Source: Sodaliphilus sp.
GTDB lineage: Bacteria; Bacillota_I; Bacilli_A; RFN20; CAG-826
Assembly (NCBI GenBank): GCA_963643355.1
Contig: CAVIJE010000004.1
Coordinates: forward strand, 1 to 60,681
Length of the DNA: 60,681 nucleotides
Direction of reading: 5' to 3'
This document shows positions 54,121 through 60,681 of this stretch, in pieces (the first letter of the stretch is position 1; the number at the start of each line of letters is the position of its first letter). Under the pieces are notes generated by a model. That model worked only from the letters and a program-made list of their open reading frames with translations, made no database searches and was not told the DNA's origin. Made by a program: the position numbers and the translations under genes.

Positions 54121-55863
54121 ATGTTCAAATTATTAAAGAAATTCCGCCCATTAGATTGGCTATTCGTTGCATTGATTGTTGGCCTTACCGTATTACAGGT
54201 TTGGTGCACGATGAAAATAACGGATTACATAGCCGAATTAATAAGGGACATCAGCTATATCTCTGTTGGCCAAACTGACGCTAATGCAATTTGGATTAGC
54301 GCATGTTATTTGTTGCTTTTTGTTGTTTCTTACACTCTAACTGCGATGCTTATCTCTATTATCGCCTCGGCAATAACCGCTCACTTTGCAACCACAGTAA
54401 GATCTGAAATAAACGCAAAAGTTTCATCTTTTTCCCTTGCTGAAATCAATAAATTTTCAACCGCTTCATTAATAACAAGAGCCACGAATGATATTGAACA
54501 AGTTCAAATGTGCATTCTCCTAATGCTTAGAATGGTTTTCGCCGCTCCTATAACGGCCATTTGGGCAATAGCAAAAATTCAAGCCACTTCCACTGAGTTA
54601 ACAATCACTACTGGCATTGCAATCTTTTTCCTTGTTGCCGTTTTAGCCGTTGCAATGGTTTTAGTTCTTCCTAAATTCAAAATATCTCAACGTTATATCG
54701 ATAGATTAAACGGGGTTACTAGAGAACACATCACAGGCATAAGAGTCGTCCATGCTTATAACGCTGAACAATATCAAGAAAATAAATTCAACAAAGCAAA
54801 TGATGACCTCACCAAATTAAACCTCTTTACATCTAGAGCCATGGGCATTCTTTCGCCAGTCATGACGATTGTGATGGATGGAGTTACGATTGCAATTCTT
54901 GGCGTTGGAGCCGTTGTTATTAACAATGGCAAAACCGATTATGCGACAATATCCGCTTTCTCCACCTTAGCTACACAAATCATCATGTCTTTCATGATGT
55001 TGCTGATGATGTTTGTCATGTGGCCAAGAGCTTCAGTTTCCGCCAATCGTATTAATGAAGTCCTCTCAACAAAAGAATCCATAAAAGATCCAGAAAATGA
55101 AAAAGAGCTAACTTCTGCGGGGGAAATTGAATTTAAGAATGTTAGTTTCACATATCCTGATGGTGAGACTCCTATCATTTCTAACGTTTCTTTTAAAGCT
55201 AAAGCTGGCGAAACAGTTGCGATAATTGGCGCGACGGGATGTGGCAAATCCACATTAGTTAACCTTATTTCTCGTTTATATGATGTAAGTGAGGGTGAAA
55301 TACTAATTGACGGAGTGAACGTTAAAGACATCAAGCAAAAAACTTTGCGTTCAAAAATCGGATTTATACCGCAAAAAGGCCTTCTTTTTTCAGGAACCAT
55401 TGCTTCTAACATCGCTTTTGGAAATCCATCATTAAGCGAAGATGAGATGAAACGCGTTGCAAAAATAGCATGCGCGGACTCCTTCATCGAAGAGATGGGC
55501 GATAAATATGATTCTTCTATCGCTCAAAGTGGAACTAACGTTTCAGGCGGTCAAAAACAACGTCTTTGCATCGCTAGAGCTTTAGCCATCAATCCTGAAA
55601 TTGCTGTTTTTGATGATTCTTTCTCCGCTCTTGATTTCAAAACCGATTTGCAAGTTCGCGAAAATATCAAAAATGAATTGCCAAACATGACCAAAGTCAT
55701 CGTTGCTCAAAGAATTGGCACCATTATGGACGCAGATCAAATTCTCGTTCTCGAAAATGGCAAAGTCGTCGGCCAAGGCAAACACAAAGATTTACTCGAA
55801 AATTGTCAAACATATAGAGATATCGCTTTATCTCAACTTTCAAAGGAGGAATTAGGTTTATGA
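54121..55863 (+). CDS. ABC exporter half-transporter (TMD-NBD), heterodimer subunit 1
   Basis: 580 aa with 6 TM helices and an NBD: Walker A GATGCGKST, signature VSGGQKQR, Walker B AVFDDSFSALD. The residue after Walker B is S, which suggests a degenerate site. Confidence 0.9.
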   Translation: MFKLLKKFRPLDWLFVALIVGLTVLQVWCTMKITDYIAELIRDISYISVGQTDANAIWISACYLLLFVVSYTLTAMLISIIASAITAHFATTVRSEINAKVSSFSLAEINKFSTASLITRATNDIEQVQMCILLMLRMVFAAPITAIWAIAKIQATSTELTITTGIAIFFLVAVLAVAMVLVLPKFKISQRYIDRLNGVTREHITGIRVVHAYNAEQYQENKFNKANDDLTKLNLFTSRAMGILSPVMTIVMDGVTIAILGVGAVVINNGKTDYATISAFSTLATQIIMSFMMLLMMFVMWPRASVSANRINEVLSTKESIKDPENEKELTSAGEIEFKNVSFTYPDGETPIISNVSFKAKAGETVAIIGATGCGKSTLVNLISRLYDVSEGEILIDGVNVKDIKQKTLRSKIGFIPQKGLLFSGTIASNIAFGNPSLSEDEMKRVAKIACADSFIEEMGDKYDSSIAQSGTNVSGGQKQRLCIARALAINPEIAVFDDSFSALDFKTDLQVRENIKNELPNMTKVIVAQRIGTIMDADQILVLENGKVVGQGKHKDLLENCQTYRDIALSQLSKEELGL

Positions 55864-57671
55864 GCCCACGTCCAGGAATGGGTCCTCGTGAAAAGATGAA
55901 AATATCATCGAAAGATGGCACGAAGACCTTATCAAAATTAATGCAATCAACAAAAAAATATTGGATAGCATTTATTTTTGCTGCAATTTTCATTCTTACT
56001 AATGTCATAATTGCCGTAATTGCCCCAAATTATGTCGATTCTTTAACTAACGAAATAGCATATAACGCTTTTACCGCTTCAATTGATTTAGATGTCGTAT
56101 TTAAATACGTGACTCTTTTAGGGGTTATGTATGTGGCCTCGGCTATTTGCTCTTACGTTTCTTCCTTTATCATTGCCACTGTCACCCAAAAATACGCAAA
56201 TTCCCTTAGAAAAAGTATCGTTTCAAAAATAAACGTCCTTCCTCTTTCTTATTTTGATTCGAAGCAAATTGGCGATACGCTTTCACGTGTCACCAATGAC
56301 GTGGATTCGCTTTCACAATCAATCGATACCGCGATATCTTCCTTTTTAAGCGCCATCTTTATGCTTGTTGGCTCATTGATTGGCATGTTTGTTAAATGCT
56401 GGCAATTGGCCCTTATTTCGCTTATTGCCATACCTTTGATGTTATTCTTCGTCATTGGCATTATGAAACTTGCCATGCCGCAATTTGTTAACAGGCAAAA
56501 CCAAATTGGCGTCGTTCAAGGAAACGTTGAAGAGAAATTCTCTGGTCAATTGGTTATTAAGCTATTCAACGCCGAAGATAAGCAAGATGCCATTTTCGAA
56601 GAGAAGAACCAAAAACTTAAAGAATATATGTTTAAGGCACAATTCTTTGGTGGATTGATGATGCCAATGACAACATTTATCTCATATTTATGCTATGGTG
56701 CGGTAATTGTTGGAGGAGGCTTATTAATGATTAATAAAGTTCCTGGGGTAAATATGGGCACAATATCCGCCTTCATGATTTATATCCGTCTTTTCCAACA
56801 GCCGTTCACTCAAATATCCCAAGCGTTAAATCAGATGCAAACAGCCCTAGCTGCTGGAAAACGCGTCTTTGATTTCCTTAGCGAAGAAGAACTTCCAAAC
56901 GAAGATGAAATGCCTTACAAGTTATTAAAAGACGGTAAGGTGGATGGAAAAGTTTCATTTGAGAACGTTTCATTTTCCTATGACGAAACGCGTGAAATTA
57001 TCCACGGCTTCTCCGCTTCAATTAAACCAGGGATGAAGGTTGCTATCGTTGGACCTACTGGCGCTGGCAAAACAACAATGGTTAATCTTTTGATGAGATT
57101 CTATGAAATTAAGGCTGGGCGTATAGCGATAAACGATATTTCAACAAAGGAAATCTCTCGCAAAGAATTGCATGATATTTTTGGCATGGTCTTACAAGAT
57201 ACCTGGATTTTTGAAGGAACAATTAGAGAAAATCTCATATACAATGGGGCTGATATAAGCGACGAAGAAATTTGGAATGTCTTAAAGGAAGTAAAGCTTG
57301 ATCATTTCGTTGAAAGTTTACCTGATGGTCTAGATTACCTCATCAAGGATGGAAATAGCATTTCCGCTGGTCAAAAACAATTGATAACTATTGCAAGAGC
57401 TATGTTACGTGATTCTTCGATGATGATTCTAGACGAAGCCACTTCTAACGTTGATACTCGCACCGAAGAAGTCATTCAAGAGGCAATGGATAAGCTTACA
57501 AAAGGCAAAACATCATTCGTTATCGCTCATCGACTTTCAACCATCCGCAATGCTGATATGATTTTAGTGATGAAAGATGGTAATATTATCGAACAAGGCG
57601 ATCACGAGAGCCTTATGAATAAGAATGGTTTCTATGCCTCCTTATATAACTCGCAATTCGCCTTTGAATGA
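55860..57671 (+). CDS. ABC exporter half-transporter (TMD-NBD), heterodimer subunit 2
   Basis: 603 aa with Walker A GPTGAGKTT, signature ISAGQKQL and Walker B MILDEATSNVD. A 4-nt overlap joins it to subunit 1. Confidence 0.9.
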   Translation: MSPRPGMGPREKMKISSKDGTKTLSKLMQSTKKYWIAFIFAAIFILTNVIIAVIAPNYVDSLTNEIAYNAFTASIDLDVVFKYVTLLGVMYVASAICSYVSSFIIATVTQKYANSLRKSIVSKINVLPLSYFDSKQIGDTLSRVTNDVDSLSQSIDTAISSFLSAIFMLVGSLIGMFVKCWQLALISLIAIPLMLFFVIGIMKLAMPQFVNRQNQIGVVQGNVEEKFSGQLVIKLFNAEDKQDAIFEEKNQKLKEYMFKAQFFGGLMMPMTTFISYLCYGAVIVGGGLLMINKVPGVNMGTISAFMIYIRLFQQPFTQISQALNQMQTALAAGKRVFDFLSEEELPNEDEMPYKLLKDGKVDGKVSFENVSFSYDETREIIHGFSASIKPGMKVAIVGPTGAGKTTMVNLLMRFYEIKAGRIAINDISTKEISRKELHDIFGMVLQDTWIFEGTIRENLIYNGADISDEEIWNVLKEVKLDHFVESLPDGLDYLIKDGNSISAGQKQLITIARAMLRDSSMMILDEATSNVDTRTEEVIQEAMDKLTKGKTSFVIAHRLSTIRNADMILVMKDGNIIEQGDHESLMNKNGFYASLYNSQFAFE

Positions 57672-57675
57672 GAAT

Positions 57676-58581
57676 ATGGAATATAAAGATTATTTAGTTA
57701 CGGCACGTTCCTCTAATGATGAGGTTAAAGCCATTGCCATCACTGGCAAAAATTTAGTGGATCATAAAAGAGAACTCTACAACCTCTCCCCTATATGCGC
57801 TGCTGCATCAGGACGTTTGATGATGGCTGCTTTAATGATGGGGGATTGGCTAAAAAACGATTCGGACACAATTTGTTTGGAAATTGTTGGAGATGGCGAA
57901 CTTTCCCATCTTGACGCAATATCAAACAATCATGGTGAAGTGCGTTCATACATTTCAAAAACCGATGTAATTCTCCCGCCAAATAAGAACGGTCATCTTA
58001 ACGTTGGAGAAGCAATTGGCAAGGGACACCTAGTCGTTATGCGTGATCTTGGCTTAAAAACTCCATATGTTTCCCAAGTCGATCTTCAAAGCGGAGAAAT
58101 TGCCGAAGACTTGGCATATTATTTTGCTAAATCGGAGCAAACTCCTACTGCTATTGGCCTTGGCGTTCATTTCAACAAGGAAACGGTTAAAGTCGATCAT
58201 GCTGGGGGCTATATAATTCAGCTAATGCCAGGAACGTCCGAAGAAACAATAAGAAGGATTGAAGAGAATCTTGCAAATACTCCAGATGTCACAAAGATGC
58301 TAATCGAAAACGGCGATTCTCCTGAAAAGATATTAGAATTCGTTCTAAATGGTCTTTCGCCTAAATTCGAAACGAAGAAAGACGTATTTTGGAAATGTAA
58401 TTGCTCCCACGAAAAGGGGCTTAAAATCATCTCTTCTCTTTCCTTAAAGGAACTCCATCGCATAATCGATGAGAAAGAACCACTTGAAATCAACTGCAAT
58501 TTTTGTGGCAAAACATATGATTATAGCGAAGATGAAATAAAGCAAATAATCAAAGAAAAGGAAGAAAAGAATGCCAAATGA
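57676..58581 (+). CDS. hslO: Redox-regulated chaperone Hsp33
   Basis: I trimmed the start to MEYKDYLV. It has YFAKSEQTPTA and the C-terminal Zn switch CNCSHE...CNFCGKTY. Confidence 0.9.
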   Translation: MEYKDYLVTARSSNDEVKAIAITGKNLVDHKRELYNLSPICAAASGRLMMAALMMGDWLKNDSDTICLEIVGDGELSHLDAISNNHGEVRSYISKTDVILPPNKNGHLNVGEAIGKGHLVVMRDLGLKTPYVSQVDLQSGEIAEDLAYYFAKSEQTPTAIGLGVHFNKETVKVDHAGGYIIQLMPGTSEETIRRIEENLANTPDVTKMLIENGDSPEKILEFVLNGLSPKFETKKDVFWKCNCSHEKGLKIISSLSLKELHRIIDEKEPLEINCNFCGKTYDYSEDEIKQIIKEKEEKNAK

Positions 58582-59206
58582 CTTTTTTGATTGCAATACA
58601 GGACTATTAAAATGGGAATTAAGTAAGGTTGAAAAAGAAACAAATCACCCTTACCTGAACTTCTATATTTTGCATTATAAAGTAAGCGGAAGAGATAAAG
58701 AGCATGTCTATTTCACCGCTTCAAGAAAAGATGCTTCTTCCCTAAGATCCGTCAGCCACGATTATCTTAATCCTGATGGCGTTATTATCGGGATATATCG
58801 TTTTATTGAAGGCAAGCTTGAAATCCTTATGACTAAGCAATTTAGAGAGCCTATTGGCAATTACGTTTTCTCTATTCCCGCAGGCCTTATTGATAAAGGG
58901 GAGAATGCCAAGGAAGCTGCGATAAGAGAAGCCAAGGAAGAGGCAGGTCTTCTTTCGTTGAAAAACATTGAAATATTAACTCCTTTATCTCCTTCTTCAT
59001 CTGGACTATCAGATGAATCTAACGCCTTTGTGATGGCTGAGGCGGGTCCTCAAAGTTCAAATGCTCTTGAAGAATTTGAAGACATTTGCACTAAATTCGT
59101 TTCAATCGATAAATGCTTAGAAATGTTCAAAGATCCAAAATACATTATTCCAATGCAAACAAGACTATGGATCTTATACATGTCCGAGAGATTCAAGACA
59201 AAATAA
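58571..59206 (+). CDS. NUDIX hydrolase, ADP-ribose pyrophosphatase-like
   Basis: 211 aa with Nudix box GLIDKGENAKEAAIREAKEEAGL. Confidence 0.85.
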   Translation: MPNDFFDCNTGLLKWELSKVEKETNHPYLNFYILHYKVSGRDKEHVYFTASRKDASSLRSVSHDYLNPDGVIIGIYRFIEGKLEILMTKQFREPIGNYVFSIPAGLIDKGENAKEAAIREAKEEAGLLSLKNIEILTPLSPSSSGLSDESNAFVMAEAGPQSSNALEEFEDICTKFVSIDKCLEMFKDPKYIIPMQTRLWILYMSERFKTK

Positions 59207-59232
59207 AAATTCCGGGAAAACCGGAATTTTTT
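59204..59232. terminator. Bidirectional terminator (NUDIX / apt)
   Basis: ATTCCGG-gaaaa-CCGGAAT flanked by an A-run and a T-run. Confidence 0.85.
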
Positions 59233-59247
59233 CTTATATTTTTATTC

Positions 59248-59772
59248 TTATTCGTGAACGGCAGAAAGCTCGACTAAGCATTCACAAGGGAAATCAAGTT
59301 TCTTCCAGCCTTCAATTTCCTTAAGGTTAATAAGGGTTAAAGCTGCAACCGGAATTGCGCCTGCGTCTCTTACTAATTTAGCAAGAGCGTTAAGTGAGCC
59401 GCCAGTGGCAAGCAAATCATCAATCAATATCACTCTTTGCCCAGGTTTTAAGGCATAGGCAGGAACTTCGATTTTTGCCGTGCCATATTCAAGAGCATAT
59501 TCCACAGAATATGTTTTTCCTGGGAGTTTACCAGCTTTTCTTGCCATGATAAAACCTTTATGCATCTTATAGCCAAGAGCTGCTCCAAATAAGAATCCTC
59601 TTGCTTCTGGTCCGATGATGACATCAGGTTGATACTTTTCTGCTAATTTAGCAAAATCGTTGATGCAAGATTCGAATACATCAGGATTTGAAAGCACAGG
59701 AGATATGTCTTTGAAAGAGATTCCTTTGGTTGGAAAATCAGGCGTTACAGAAATATATTTTGAATAATCCAT
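59248..59772 (-). CDS. apt: Adenine phosphoribosyltransferase
   Basis: 174 aa with FKDISPVL and the PRPP motif VILIDDLLATGGS. Confidence 0.95.
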   Translation of the reverse strand: MDYSKYISVTPDFPTKGISFKDISPVLSNPDVFESCINDFAKLAEKYQPDVIIGPEARGFLFGAALGYKMHKGFIMARKAGKLPGKTYSVEYALEYGTAKIEVPAYALKPGQRVILIDDLLATGGSLNALAKLVRDAGAIPVAALTLINLKEIEGWKKLDFPCECLVELSAVHE

Positions 59773-59899
59773 TTTTATGACCTCACTGCATAATTATAGC
59801 CATATTATGTAATCTTTAAAGAAATAATTTCTTTTTTATTTTTTATGGAAAAGCCGTCTTGCATTATGCTATGATAAAGAGCTGAAAAGAGGCATTATT

Positions 59900-60547
59900 A
59901 TGGACTTAAAACAGTATCCAAACGTCACATTGCTTGACCATCCTTTGCTTAAGCACAAAATCACCATCCTCCGTGATAAAAACACGGGCACAAACGAATT
60001 CAGAAGAATCGTTAAGGAGATAGCCATTATGGAAGGATATGAAGCACTCAAAGATCTTCCAGTTGAAATGGTTGAAATTGAAACCCCAATTGAAAAATCT
60101 ATGCAGCCAATGGTTTCAGGAAAGAAACTTTGCTTCGTTCCAATCCTTCGTGCAGGACTTGGAATGGTTGATGGCATGACAGAACTCGTCCCTTCAGCAA
60201 AAGTTGGCCATATCGGTTTATACCGCGATGAAGAAACGCATATTCCTCATGAATATTATTGCAAATTGCCATACGATTTAGGTGATCGTGAGGTATATGT
60301 TGTCGATCCAATGTTAGCAACAGGTGGATCCGCTATTGATGCAATAACGCTCTTAAAACAACATGGCGCTAAAAACCTTCACTTCATTTGCATCATCGCT
60401 GCTCCAGAAGGCGTTGAAGCATTTGAAAAAGCCTATCCAGAAATTCCTTTATTCATTGGCGCCTTAGATCGCCAATTAAATGAAAATGCTTATATTTGCC
60501 CAGGTCTTGGCGATGCTGGTGACAGAATATTTGGCACTGTAAAATAA
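59900..60547 (+). CDS. upp: Uracil phosphoribosyltransferase
   Basis: 215 aa with ILRAGLGM, VVDPMLATGGS and GLGDAGDRIFGT. Confidence 0.95.
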   Translation: MDLKQYPNVTLLDHPLLKHKITILRDKNTGTNEFRRIVKEIAIMEGYEALKDLPVEMVEIETPIEKSMQPMVSGKKLCFVPILRAGLGMVDGMTELVPSAKVGHIGLYRDEETHIPHEYYCKLPYDLGDREVYVVDPMLATGGSAIDAITLLKQHGAKNLHFICIIAAPEGVEAFEKAYPEIPLFIGALDRQLNENAYICPGLGDAGDRIFGTVK

Positions 60548-60562
60548 TTCAAAAATCCAAAA

Positions 60563-60587
60563 ATGCCCTGCAAAAGTGGCATTTTTT
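60563..60587 (+). terminator. upp terminator (short stem)
   Basis: ATGCC, 10-nt loop, GGCAT, then TTTTTT. Confidence 0.5.
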
Positions 60588-60681
60588 CTAGTTTAGCAAA
60601 CAATAAAATGACATTAGAATTATTTTTATAATCATTACAAATCAATTAGACTTTTTAAATAATATTATTAGACTTCACTTA

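Noticed and set aside
57669-57671. Mollicute genetic code 4 (TGA = Trp), given the Mollicutes-like gene content and AT-richness.
   Set aside because: Long conserved genes are intact under code 11. TGA terminates the ABC subunit exactly where homologues end, and conserved Trp positions use TGG.

Overview
AT-rich 60.7-kb chromosomal window, G+C judged by eye only. It appears to come from a low-GC anaerobic Bacillota or Mollicutes-related bacterium using the standard code: TGA is a stop at 57669-57671 and Trp is TGG. I support about 55 protein genes and 7 singleton tRNAs: Met-CAT, Ala-TGC, Glu-CTC, Gly-GCC, Gly-CCC, Val-GAC and Thr-CGT. I saw no rRNA, regular CRISPR array, transposase or integrase. 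Core content: an Rnf-type membrane redox operon, purA-purB, a DtxR-like regulator next to feoA-feoA-feoB, and a PII-like protein with a CPA2 antiporter. Also a C69 dipeptidase, a MATE exporter, hypB/Fe-S flavoprotein/hypA, gltX, deoD, cdaA, and a permuted GH3 glycosidase with a repeat lipoprotein. The right end holds a heterodimeric ABC exporter, hslO, two further NUDIX genes in the window overall, apt and upp. The left 9.9 kb, bounded by tRNA-Met/tRNA-Ala, looks accessory. It holds a LemA pair, a SauUSI-type PLD-helicase-DUF3427 restriction enzyme coupled to a MutT-like NUDIX, a 751-aa toxin-like lipoprotein, a gene remnant and a phased 23-bp repeat array. Best leads: (1) an Rnf operon whose cytoplasmic RnfC and RnfB modules are reduced to single Fe-S stubs while extracytoplasmic RnfG carries three FMN-binding domains; (2) the restriction enzyme plus NUDIX pair; (3) Ni chaperones HypB/HypA bracketing a 975-aa Fe-S/GltD-like flavoprotein with no Ni enzyme in view; (4) a GC-rich structured intergenic element with consensus promoter and terminator signals at 49.04-49.17 kb. 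All family assignments come from motifs read by eye. No database search was run.
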